The position numbers were made by a program, and so were the translations under genes. From positions 30,134 through 94,133 of the forward strand of contig PWHR01000063.1 of the NCBI GenBank assembly GCA_003554965.1: DNA of 64,000 nt, in the 5' to 3' direction. Of the stretch, positions 39,379 through 48,538 are shown piece after piece (position 1 is the stretch's first letter; each line of letters begins with the position of its first letter). Under the pieces are notes generated by a model. That model had not been told where the DNA came from. It saw only the letters and a list, made by a program, of their open reading frames with translations, and ran no database searches. Source of the DNA: Thermoplasmata archaeon. GTDB taxonomy: Archaea; Thermoplasmatota; Thermoplasmata; Halarchaeoplasmatales; Halarchaeoplasmataceae.

Positions 39379-39831
39379 ATGGTAACAGTATATGATGTCC
39401 CTCCTGGAAAACTGATCGAGAAGCTGAGCGAAGAGCTGAGAGAGAAGGACGGAATCGAAGAACCAGAATGGTCTAGATTCGTGAAAACAGGCGTCCATAA
39501 GGAGAAGGGCCCTGAACAACCAGATTGGTGGTTCGATAGACTTTCAGCCGTGTTGAGGAGCGTTTACATCGAAGGACCTATAGGTGTAGCTAGACTCCGT
39601 GGTAAATACGGTGGGAAAAAAAGAAGAGGATCGAAGCCGAACCAGGTTGCGAAAGGTTCCGGTTCCATAATCAGAGAGTCTTTACAGCAGCTCGAAGAAG
39701 CCGGCCTGATCGAGAAGGAGGAAGAAGGTAGAGTCGTGACTTCAGAAGGTCAATCTTTACTCGATGATCTTGCTCATGAGATAATGAAAGACATGGCTAA
39801 GGATGATCCTGAGTTGTCAAAATACCTTTAA
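39379..39831 (+). CDS. rps19e: 30S ribosomal protein S19e
   Basis: VKTGVHKE..P..PDWW, YGG.KRRG, GSGSIIR..LQQLE. Confidence 0.97.
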   Translation: MVTVYDVPPGKLIEKLSEELREKDGIEEPEWSRFVKTGVHKEKGPEQPDWWFDRLSAVLRSVYIEGPIGVARLRGKYGGKKRRGSKPNQVAKGSGSIIRESLQQLEEAGLIEKEEEGRVVTSEGQSLLDDLAHEIMKDMAKDDPELSKYL

Positions 39832-39854
39832 AGGATAGTATCATAGGTGGGAAC

Positions 39855-40187
39855 ATGGCCGATGAAGAAGAATTAGAGAAGATAAAAGAAAAGAAGATGC
39901 AAGAGATAAAAGAGAGCAAACAGTCTGAAGAGGCCATGAAGGAAAGGGAAGAGCAGATGGAAGCCCAGAAGAAAGCGCTGCTCAGACAGATCATGACACC
40001 GGATGCAAGGGAGAGGTTGGGACGAGTGAGAGTGGCTCGACCACAGCTAGCTGAGAAGATAGAATCTCAGATAATAGCGCTGGCCCAGCGAGGGGCTACG
40101 CAAGAAAAGATTGATGATAAAACTTTAAAAGAGCTGTTGAAAAAAATCAGCGGCGAGAAAAAAGAGATCAACATCAAAAGGAGGTAA
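39855..40187 (+). CDS. PDCD5/TFAR19-family DNA-binding protein
   Basis: [21 protein letters not shown] motif; conserved position after rps19e. Confidence 0.92.
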   Translation: MADEEELEKIKEKKMQEIKESKQSEEAMKEREEQMEAQKKALLRQIMTPDARERLGRVRVARPQLAEKIESQIIALAQRGATQEKIDDKTLKELLKKISGEKKEINIKRR

Positions 40188-40192
40188 TAAAA

Positions 40193-40348
40193 ATGTCAAG
40201 CAACAAGCCCGGTCCAAAGAAACGCAGACTGCTGAAAAAATCCAAAAACAACAAAAGAGTACCAGCTTGGGTTATGCAGCGAACCAATCGTAGATTCACC
40301 AGCAACCCCAAGAGAAGGCACTGGCGAAGGGACGATACCGACGAGTGA
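40193..40348 (+). CDS. rpl39e: 50S ribosomal protein L39e (missed by ORF track)
   Basis: Manual translation [51 protein letters not shown]; RBS gaggt. Confidence 0.96.
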   Translation: MSSNKPGPKKRRLLKKSKNNKRVPAWVMQRTNRRFTSNPKRRHWRRDDTDE

Positions 40349-40372
40349 TCTTAACGGATAAGGTGATTTATA

Positions 40373-40639
40373 ATGGTGGATATGGAAGAGAGGATAATCA
40401 ATATCCCTTTAAGGAAGGCTAAGAAGAGTCCAACCAGCAAAAGGGCTGCAAGAGCCATGAAGCTCGTAAGAGAGCACGTGGCCAACAATATGGATGTTCC
40501 AAAAGAAGATGTGTGGATCGATTCCAGCACGAACGAGGAGATCTGGTCGAGAGGGATCAAGAAACCCCCCTTGAAGATAAAGGTCAAAGCTATCAAGTTC
40601 GAAGATGGGATAGTAGAGGTCTCCATACCGAGAGAGTGA
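40373..40639 (+). CDS. rpl31e: 50S ribosomal protein L31e
   Basis: ERIINIPLR, RAARAMK, IWSRGIKKPP. Confidence 0.96.
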   Translation: MVDMEERIINIPLRKAKKSPTSKRAARAMKLVREHVANNMDVPKEDVWIDSSTNEEIWSRGIKKPPLKIKVKAIKFEDGIVEVSIPRE

Positions 40640-40642
40640 GCT

Positions 40643-41296
40643 ATGCTGAAGAAACACGCTGTAGAGTCACATCCATACATCGGTGTATTTTCAGCCGTTT
40701 CTGAAAAAGTCGTAGTGATACCACCTATTGAAGGTAACGTTTTTGAAGAGGCTTTGGAGGTCCCGGTAGTAAAGACAACCATTGGAGGAACCCGTGTAAA
40801 CGGTGCATTGATGGATATAAATTCTCAGGGGGCGGTGGTTTCGGACATCATAGAGGAGAGGGAGATAGACGAACTTCTAGATCAACTTGACGTCACAGTC
40901 ATACCCGATCCTCAGAACGCTCTTGGGAACAACGTACTGCTCAATGACAACGGTGCGATGATTCATCCGGAGATAAGCGAAGAAGCTGAAGAAACTATAG
41001 CTTCACAATTGGATGTAAATGTTAAAAGAGGCACTATAGCAGGAGTGAGGATGGTCGGTTCTGTCGCTGTAGCGACGAACAAAGGTGTTCTCGTTCACCC
41101 AAGAGTCACCGATGAAGAGATCGAAGTGCTGGAGGATCTATTTCAGGTGCCGGTTAGCAAAGGCACAGCGAATCACGGATCTGGTTGGGTCGGCACGTGT
41201 TTGGTGGCTAATACAATGGGGGCTGTGATCGGGAATGATACCACCCCTATCGAGATGGGAAGGATAGAAGAGGGTCTAGGTTACCTTGAAGATTGA
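40643..41296 (+). CDS. eif6: Translation initiation factor 6
   Basis: IGVF, GNNVLLND.GA..HP, GTANHGS..VG, TT..EMGRIE. Confidence 0.95.
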   Translation: MLKKHAVESHPYIGVFSAVSEKVVVIPPIEGNVFEEALEVPVVKTTIGGTRVNGALMDINSQGAVVSDIIEEREIDELLDQLDVTVIPDPQNALGNNVLLNDNGAMIHPEISEEAEETIASQLDVNVKRGTIAGVRMVGSVAVATNKGVLVHPRVTDEEIEVLEDLFQVPVSKGTANHGSGWVGTCLVANTMGAVIGNDTTPIEMGRIEEGLGYLED

Positions 41297-41935
41297 TCAC
41301 AGGGAAAAGGCCCATACCTCGGTTTCATCGGGCAGGTCTTCCTGTATAAAATCCAGTTCGATCCCCAATTTGTGTGTCTTTTTTTCCGGATACTGTGAGA
41401 AGAAAGGTTCTAGTGTCTTGATATCCAGTGAAAGTCCGCTAGTCTTGTAATGCATGGGGACCGCTATCTTCGGTTCGATCATATCTATCAATTCTTTCGC
41501 CTGATCGGGTTCGATGGTGAAGTTGCCGCCAACGGGTATGAATAAGAAGTCGACTTCTCCTATCTCTTCAAGGATCTCTTCATCAGGGATATGACCTAGA
41601 TCACCTAGATGACAGAAATTGACCCCTTCATTCTCAAACATGTAGATTATGTTCTCCCCTCTTATATCCCCTCCTGATTCGTCGTGATATGTTGCGATGC
41701 CTTTTATCTTCACACCGTTGATCTCCTTTTCTGATGCCTCATCTATAATCTTGCTGTCTTCTTTTTCTACCTCTCTCACCGCATTATGATCGTAGTGGTC
41801 GTGAGAGACCAAGATGATATCTCCTTCCACTTGGGGAGGAGTTATGCCTATACTTTTTCCGTCGTGGGGATCAGTGACTATTATATTTTCCTTTCCGATC
41901 TCAAAACAAGCATGACCATGCCATCTTATCCTCAT
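41297..41935 (-). CDS. Metallo-beta-lactamase fold hydrolase
   Basis: WHGHACF, TDP, SHDHYDH, HLGDLG, PMHY. Confidence 0.9.
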   Translation of the reverse strand: MRIRWHGHACFEIGKENIIVTDPHDGKSIGITPPQVEGDIILVSHDHYDHNAVREVEKEDSKIIDEASEKEINGVKIKGIATYHDESGGDIRGENIIYMFENEGVNFCHLGDLGHIPDEEILEEIGEVDFLFIPVGGNFTIEPDQAKELIDMIEPKIAVPMHYKTSGLSLDIKTLEPFFSQYPEKKTHKLGIELDFIQEDLPDETEVWAFSL

Positions 41936-42047
41936 CTTTTGCCACCTAGGAAAATAGGATTGAATCTGAAGATTTAAGATTTTTGCCCGGTCGCGACGAC
42001 TTTTCAAGGGTAAAAATAATAAATGATAGGGTCGGATTGAGGTAGCG

Positions 42048-43976
42048 ATGAAAGACGAGATGGATTCTCTAGAGGTAAGAGCAGCGGTAAGAGAATTGAA
42101 AGATCTGGAAGGAGGTCATGTGAAGAAGATCTATCAACCGAATGAAGATGAGATATTATTGCGGATCTACGTGCAGGGGAAATCAAACAAGATGCTGCTT
42201 TTTAGAGTAGGGAAAGGACTGTTCCTGACCGAGGAGGACAAAGACAACCCGATGAAGCCGGGCGACTATGTCATGCTGATGAGGAAGTACACCGGCAACG
42301 CAAGGATCGAATCTGTGGAGCAGCATGGATTCGATAGGGTGTTAACTTTTCAGCTTCAGAGGAATAAGAGGAGCAGACTGATATTCGAGATATTCGGTAA
42401 AGGCAACCTCATACTGGAAGGAGAGAAACATATCTTGGTACCTTACCGATCCGAGAGCTGGAGCCATAGGGAATTGAAGGAAGGTCGAAAATACAAATTT
42501 CCTCCAGAAAGAGTAGAGCCTTTCAAATTGGACTTAGAGAGTTTCGAAGAGATATTGGAAGGATCAAAAAAGGACCTTGTAAGAACACTAGCGGTAGATC
42601 TTAATCTCGGAGGCAAGTATGCAGAGGAGGTCTGCTACAGGTTGGGAGTGGATAAAAATCTCGATCGACCTGAAAAGTTATCCGAAGAACTTTACTCGGA
42701 ACTGAAAACTTTGAGAAAGCAGACGGAAGTCGACGATCTAGAGCCCATGATAGTGAGAGACTCTGAAGGAGAGATAATAGATGCGGTCCCGTTCCCACTG
42801 GCGCAGTACGAGGATCATGATACTGAAAGCATGGATAGTTTTAATCGTGCACTTGATCTCTCATTTAGTATAGAAGAAGAGGAAGAAGAGAAACAGGAAG
42901 AAGCGGGTAGATTGGAGAGAAAGCTTGAGAGCCAAAAACGCGCCGTTGAAAATCTAAAAGAAAAAGAGATAGAGAATAAGGTCAAGGCCGAGCTGATCTA
43001 CCAGAATTATAAGAGATGTGAGAACCTCCTGAAAGAGATAAAGAGAGCGAGAGCCGAAGGTTCGAAGGAGAAAATTTACTCTAGATTAAGGAAAGAAGAG
43101 GATGTTAAGCAGATAAACGATCACGATCAGTACATGGTAGTTGAGTTAAAAGGTGAAGTGGACGACGAAGATATATCTGAGAACGTAAAACTCGATTTCA
43201 GGAAAGATGTGAATGAGAACGCCCAACACCACTATGATAAAAGCAAAAAGTCCAAAGAAAAGATAAAAGGAGCTGAAAAAGCTATAGAGGAAACGAAAAA
43301 GGAGATCGCAGCCGGGGAAGAGGAAAAAGAGAGAGAGGAAAAGGAGCCGACGGTGAAGTTTTGGTTCGACAGGTACAAATGGTTCATCTCCAGCGAGGGT
43401 CATATAGTAGTCGCTGGAAAGGATACGAAGACTAACGAAGAAGTGGTGAAGAAGTATCTGGAGAAGGGTGATAGGTACGCCCATGCCGATGCTGGCGGGG
43501 CACCTAGTGTCGTTATAAAGAAAGGCGAGAAAGACGAGATAGGGAAGAAGACTCTAGAAGAAGCCTGTCAGTACGCAGTCGTACATTCAAAGGAATGGAA
43601 AAGAGGGGTCGCAGCGGGAAGGGCTTACTGGGTCAAACCGTGGCAGGTCAGCAAGACTGCAGAGGCAGGAGAGTCCCTACCTACTGGAGCCTTCGTTATA
43701 AGGGGAAAAAGGAACTATATGGACGATCTTCCGATGGAAGCAGTTCTGGCCGAGACAGAATATAGAGACAAGAAAAAGGTGATGTGTGCCCCTTCTTCAG
43801 CATTAAAAGATAGGCAGAACGAAAAAGGATCGAGTAAAAAAGTAATGTTCATACCTGGAAAGAAAGATATCAACGAATTCGCTAACGAGATGTCAGATTA
43901 TTTCAGGGTCCCTATAGACGAGATCCAGAAGGTGATTCCTCCAGGAGATGTGAATATAGTAAAAAAAGAGGGTTGA
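42048..43976 (+). CDS. rqcH: Ribosome quality-control protein RqcH/Rqc2 (NFACT)
   Basis: FDRVL, GNLIL, NAQHHYD, WFDRYKWF.SS, GKD..TNE, HAD..GAPS, GAFVIRGKRN. Confidence 0.92.
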   Translation: MKDEMDSLEVRAAVRELKDLEGGHVKKIYQPNEDEILLRIYVQGKSNKMLLFRVGKGLFLTEEDKDNPMKPGDYVMLMRKYTGNARIESVEQHGFDRVLTFQLQRNKRSRLIFEIFGKGNLILEGEKHILVPYRSESWSHRELKEGRKYKFPPERVEPFKLDLESFEEILEGSKKDLVRTLAVDLNLGGKYAEEVCYRLGVDKNLDRPEKLSEELYSELKTLRKQTEVDDLEPMIVRDSEGEIIDAVPFPLAQYEDHDTESMDSFNRALDLSFSIEEEEEEKQEEAGRLERKLESQKRAVENLKEKEIENKVKAELIYQNYKRCENLLKEIKRARAEGSKEKIYSRLRKEEDVKQINDHDQYMVVELKGEVDDEDISENVKLDFRKDVNENAQHHYDKSKKSKEKIKGAEKAIEETKKEIAAGEEEKEREEKEPTVKFWFDRYKWFISSEGHIVVAGKDTKTNEEVVKKYLEKGDRYAHADAGGAPSVVIKKGEKDEIGKKTLEEACQYAVVHSKEWKRGVAAGRAYWVKPWQVSKTAEAGESLPTGAFVIRGKRNYMDDLPMEAVLAETEYRDKKKVMCAPSSALKDRQNEKGSSKKVMFIPGKKDINEFANEMSDYFRVPIDEIQKVIPPGDVNIVKKEG

Positions 43977-43984
43977 ATGATTTT

Positions 43985-45406
43985 TTACTCGGCTTTTAAG
44001 AAATTTCTATAACCTTCACAGAGGTAGTAGAGGTCAGCTTTTGATATCACTTCGAAGGGTGAGTGCATACCGAGCAGGGGTATACCTATATCGACCACGT
44101 CTATATTGAGGTTTGCTAAGAATTTAGCGACAGTACCTCCGCCTCCTTCGTCAACCTTCCCCAATTCAGCAGTCTGCCATGGGATGTCGTTCTCGTTGAA
44201 TATCCTCCTGATCAATGCTACGTATTCGGCGTGGGCGTCGTTGCCAGAGAATTTTCCTCCTGAACCGGTGAATTTCGTGATAACCAGACCTTTTCCAAGG
44301 GAGGATGCGTTCTGTACATCATGAACGTCCTTGAATGAAGGATTCAAGCCCGGACTCACGTCTCCAGAGATCGCTTTCGAATTATCCAGCATGATCCTGT
44401 GTTCCTGCATGTTGTAAGTACCTTTGTATTTATTCAGAAGTTTTGAATAGACTGTCAATAGGAAATCAGAGTTCGCTCCAGTGTTGCCTTCACTACCGAT
44501 CTCTTCCTTGTCAAAAAATAGGACGAGTGCGGTCTTTTCAGGAGCGTCTATTTCTGTTAGAGCTCTAAGTGACGAATAAGCGCATACACGATCGTCATGG
44601 GCATAACCACCTACCATGCTCTTGTCCAATCCCACATCTCTACACTTCCCGGCAGGAACTATCTCAAGCTCAGCGCTCGTAAGATCTTCTTCGGTTATGC
44701 CGTACTCGTCGTTTAAAAGCTTCAAGACATTTGTTTTTACTTTATTTTCGACATCTTCGTCATCTATCGGGGTGCCAGCTATCAAGATATTGAGCTCTTC
44801 GCCTTTGATGACTTTAGGCATCTTCCTTTCTCCCTGTTTTTTTCTAGAGAGATGAGGTAAAAGATCGCTGATCACGAAGACGGGATCCTCTGGATCTTCT
44901 CCGATGGTTATATCGACCGGAGTTCCGTTCTCCTTGACCACTCTTCCGTGAACGGCTAAAGGTGTGTTGACCCACTGGTACTTTTTGATGCCTCCATAAT
45001 AGTGGGTCTGAAGAAGAGCCACTGATGCTTCTTTGTCTTCATAGAGAGGTCTAGCTTTTAGGTCCAGCCTCGGAGCGTCGATATGGCTCGCTACTATATT
45101 GCAGCCTTTTGTCAACTCTTCTTCCCCTATCACAGCAGCGGCCAAGCTCTTGTGCCTGTTGATCATGTAAACTTTATCTCCTGCTTTCAGCTCATCGTAT
45201 TCTGAGATGTCTTTGAAACTGTTCTCCCTCAATATCTTTTCAGACTCCTCAACAGATTTCCTTTCGGTTTTAGATGAACTCAAGAAATCGATATAATCTT
45301 TCGCAAAAGTGAAGATCTCTTCTTGTTTTTCATCTTCGATCTCTTCCCAGATATTTTCAGGAGAAAAACCGAGTTCGCTTTCAAGGTCCGAATCGTTTTC
45401 GCTCAT
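43985..45406 (-). CDS. M18-family aminopeptidase
   Basis: SHIDAPRLDLK, HDDRVC, DKEEIGS, GGGTVA, LLGMHSPFE. Confidence 0.93.
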   Translation of the reverse strand: MSENDSDLESELGFSPENIWEEIEDEKQEEIFTFAKDYIDFLSSSKTERKSVEESEKILRENSFKDISEYDELKAGDKVYMINRHKSLAAAVIGEEELTKGCNIVASHIDAPRLDLKARPLYEDKEASVALLQTHYYGGIKKYQWVNTPLAVHGRVVKENGTPVDITIGEDPEDPVFVISDLLPHLSRKKQGERKMPKVIKGEELNILIAGTPIDDEDVENKVKTNVLKLLNDEYGITEEDLTSAELEIVPAGKCRDVGLDKSMVGGYAHDDRVCAYSSLRALTEIDAPEKTALVLFFDKEEIGSEGNTGANSDFLLTVYSKLLNKYKGTYNMQEHRIMLDNSKAISGDVSPGLNPSFKDVHDVQNASSLGKGLVITKFTGSGGKFSGNDAHAEYVALIRRIFNENDIPWQTAELGKVDEGGGGTVAKFLANLNIDVVDIGIPLLGMHSPFEVISKADLYYLCEGYRNFLKAE

Positions 45407-45494
45407 GATATCAGCGAGATTTCAGGATGGCGGTGTTATATATTTTTTCCCGAGATATGTCGAAGATTTGACCTGCAATTGTCATCAGTATTAA

Positions 45495-45752
45495 AAGGAG
45501 AAAGAGAACTATACAGGAGAGTTCGATTAGCTGATCGAAGAAGGCAGTGGTGATCATAGGCTACGGATAGAAAGTCTTGACAATGAGACCGAGGTTTCTT
45601 TGGCGGTCGAGTCTTAGGAAACTTTCTTCAGTCAATATTGGTATATACCTCTAATCGCCGCGATAGTAGTTTTAACCATCGTTCTGTTCGTCCTAAAAAA
45701 GAGAAAAGAAGAGGGGGAAGAAGAGGGAGAGGAAGACGAAGAAGAAGATTAG
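45495..45752 (+). pseudogene. Remnant 3' end of a membrane-anchored surface protein
   Basis: One frame reads KEKENYTGEFD*LIEEGSGDHRLRIESLDNETEVSLAVES*ETFFSQYWYIPLIAAIVVLTIVLFVLKKRKEEGEEE...D*, with TAG at 45528 and 45615 and no start codon. Confidence 0.7.
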
Positions 45753-45770
45753 GGATCAAAAAAATCAGGG

Positions 45771-46280
45771 CTAGGATATACCGTTTTCTTCCACAAAGAT
45801 CAGTATCATGAGGAGAACCCCTATACCAAGACCAATGGCTCCAAACACCAGGATAACTAGATACTTTAACAAATCGAATACACCTGAAAGAGGACTAGTC
45901 AAATGGATCTTCATATCTTCTTCAACTCTAAAGGTATATTCAACTTCTTCTTCTATATCTACTTCTCCTAGTCTCTCATAGGTCCTACTAAACACAGATA
46001 TAGTTTCCTTTTGACTCGCCTCTTCGAAAATGTCTTCTCCTTCCTCGTTTTTGATTCTAAGCTCTGTTTCGATATCTTCTCCTTTGATCCATATCTGATA
46101 AGTTCCTTCCTTTAACTCGATGGTTTTTTCCCGCTCATCTTCAAAATTCAGCGTTGTAATCGCTTCCTTTCTAGGGTCGTCAAAGGAATCAAATACGCCC
46201 TGGGTGGCTACAATAGACGTAAATATCCCTACGACGATCAATATGATACCGGCAATTATCAATAATTTTTTCTTTTCCAT
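45771..46280 (-). CDS. Hypothetical protein with N- and C-terminal TM helices
   Basis: Hydrophobic ends around an acidic beta-rich central region. Confidence 0.7.
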   Translation of the reverse strand: MEKKKLLIIAGIILIVVGIFTSIVATQGVFDSFDDPRKEAITTLNFEDEREKTIELKEGTYQIWIKGEDIETELRIKNEEGEDIFEEASQKETISVFSRTYERLGEVDIEEEVEYTFRVEEDMKIHLTSPLSGVFDLLKYLVILVFGAIGLGIGVLLMILIFVEENGIS

Positions 46281-46543
46281 TCTCCCTCTGTAGATACCTC
46301 ACTAATTACATATAATTTTTGTAGAAGATACTTTGATTCTAAAGCCGTTACAGTCTTATCCACCGTTCGAGTAACAGCAAAAGAATGGTAAGATTGGAAA
46401 AATCTTTGATTAAAAATGTATAGATATTCCAGTGGTTAATATTAGCCGTGATTCTAGAATGAGTGTAGTTTAGATGTCAATCAAATCACCACAGTTTACA
46501 AATATAGCTGGGCATTTAACCTCACCGTAAATCAGGGTTTAGC

Positions 46544-47440
46544 ATGGACCAGATAAGAAGTTTCCTAGAGATCAGCAGGTGGCGTATCCAGCTTGTTTCT
46601 TTAGCCACCATACTTTTGGGACCGCTTTATGCGGCTGGTTCATTAGGAGATCTACTGACTTGGGACCTCTTTTTGTTCGCTGTACTGTTTATCTTTTCTA
46701 TAACCTTCGCCTGCAATATCAACTGCTATCACGATCTCAAAGTGGACTCCTTGAGAAAAAAAAATCTTGCCCACGCAGTTTTGAATCTTGGTAGGAAAAA
46801 ACTGAGGAAGATAATGCTTATTGAAAGCATTGTAGTTTTTCTGTTGGTCTTTATATTATTTCTCAGAGGTTATATTGCGGTTACAGTCATAACTCTTTTC
46901 GGTTGGATTCTATCTTATACCTACTCCTCACCCCCGATCAGACTTAAAACTAGAGGAGTGTTAAGTCCGATCCCTGTGAATATCGGGGTCTATGTACTGC
47001 CTATTCTAGCTGGTCACTTGATAATCTCTTCCGATGTGAGTCTGATATTCCTTCTTTTCATCTTAGGTTACGCGCTTCTGAATCTCGGGATAAACCTAGT
47101 AAACGTCGCAGAAGATCATCGGGAAGACAAGAAATGTGGTATAAAGACGATCTCTCATGTTGTTGGTATCAAAAACACCATGGTGCTTTCTTCCCTGACC
47201 ATTATCCTTGGTTCGATCATAATCCTATTCAGTCTATACAGTATGGTCAATAATCTAACTTCAGGATTTGTTTATACGGTTATGCTGATATGTTTATTGA
47301 CTGCTTTTCTTGACATAACTTCCGTTTTGAAGCACAAAAATATAGAAAGAAAGACAAAGGAAAAAGGGGCTAGACTGCCTTTGTATTTTGTAAGCACTCG
47401 CTATCCCATGGTTGTGCTCCTATTGATTAATCTTCTCTGA
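46544..47440 (+). CDS. UbiA-superfamily prenyltransferase
   Basis: Multi-TM; Asp-rich motifs NCYHDLKVD and NVAEDHREDKKCGIKT; YSSPPIRLK (MenA-like loop). Confidence 0.85.
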   Translation: MDQIRSFLEISRWRIQLVSLATILLGPLYAAGSLGDLLTWDLFLFAVLFIFSITFACNINCYHDLKVDSLRKKNLAHAVLNLGRKKLRKIMLIESIVVFLLVFILFLRGYIAVTVITLFGWILSYTYSSPPIRLKTRGVLSPIPVNIGVYVLPILAGHLIISSDVSLIFLLFILGYALLNLGINLVNVAEDHREDKKCGIKTISHVVGIKNTMVLSSLTIILGSIIILFSLYSMVNNLTSGFVYTVMLICLLTAFLDITSVLKHKNIERKTKEKGARLPLYFVSTRYPMVVLLLINLL

Positions 47441-47449
47441 GAGATCAAC

Positions 47450-48535
47450 TCACTTCTCTGGATCTTTGATAAGCTTGTTAAAATACGCCGGCAGTTTTTC
47501 TTCAGTATTATCCAATGCGAGACATCCACAGATGGGTTCTGAATATTCTTGATTCATCTCGCTCCAAATTTTTTCTATATCCTGTTCGTATATATTCCCC
47601 CAGGTTTCCCTCAACATATCACAGGGATAGACGTCTCCTTGAGCACTGATATGCATGCGATTGTAACCTGCGGTGCATCCCATAAATCTCGAACTATCCA
47701 TGAAAGGGCCTGAGATGATCCTAGGGTAATCTGGATTCTTTTCCTTCTGAACATTCATCAAGTATTCTCTCTCATAAGGTTCTAAAATTTCATCTCTAGG
47801 ACCTATAATCGGCTCAAATATAGCTACATCAGTCACTCCTTTGGATCGAACGAATTTCAGGTAATCGTCTAGTTCCTCGATCATATCAGAAGTGACCACC
47901 ACCCACGTGGAAGTCAACATCCCTGCTTTTTTCACATTCCTTATCGTTTTCAAACTTCGTTCATATGCACCATCAAATCCCATCAGTTCATCGTTCTTCT
48001 TCTTTTCATGATGTTCTAGACCAACGAAAACACCTTGGCAACCAGCTTTTTTCAAAGATTTAGCCCTTTCATCAGATATGAAACCCGGGGAGGATATCAG
48101 AGAAATCGAAGAACCCGAAGCAGCTCTTACTAGTTCTTCAAGATCGTCTCTGAGTAAGGGGTTGCCTCCGGTAAATAAGAACTGAAATGTGCCGAGTTCT
48201 TTCAATCTCTTTATTGTGGAAAGCAGAACTTCCTTTTCGAGTACGCCTTCTTCGTTCCGAGTTACGCAGTGCCAGCAGTCATTTTTGCACTCAGTTGTTA
48301 ACGAGATGTTGACTATCTCGGGTACGGGCTCACCTTCAGAAGCTTTAAGTTGAGCTTTAAGAAAAGTATCGAAAGCTTCTGAAGGATAAGGAGGGAGATG
48401 TATAGAGAGGACCTTTTTTCCGTCCAATCTATCTGGTACTTTGGAATTATGGGTGCTTAGAGCATATCTTAATACGAATATCTTAAAACGCAGCGGAAGT
48501 TTTCTAAGCTTTCGATCAAAGAGAAGTTTCAACAT
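47450..48535 (-). CDS. Radical SAM / SPASM(twitch)-domain protein
   Basis: CKNDCWHC (CX3CX2C), TGGNPLLR, and C-terminal GCTAG...ISAQGDVYPC...CGC. Confidence 0.9.
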   Translation of the reverse strand: MLKLLFDRKLRKLPLRFKIFVLRYALSTHNSKVPDRLDGKKVLSIHLPPYPSEAFDTFLKAQLKASEGEPVPEIVNISLTTECKNDCWHCVTRNEEGVLEKEVLLSTIKRLKELGTFQFLFTGGNPLLRDDLEELVRAASGSSISLISSPGFISDERAKSLKKAGCQGVFVGLEHHEKKKNDELMGFDGAYERSLKTIRNVKKAGMLTSTWVVVTSDMIEELDDYLKFVRSKGVTDVAIFEPIIGPRDEILEPYEREYLMNVQKEKNPDYPRIISGPFMDSSRFMGCTAGYNRMHISAQGDVYPCDMLRETWGNIYEQDIEKIWSEMNQEYSEPICGCLALDNTEEKLPAYFNKLIKDPEK

Positions 48536-48538
48536 ATT

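Noticed and set aside
46281-46543. RiPP precursor peptide for the RRE/radical SAM genes
   Set aside because: Only very short ORFs (MVRLEKSLIKNV, MSIKSPQFTNIAGHLTSP) without RBS or leader/core features, so a RiPP pathway is not supported from this window.
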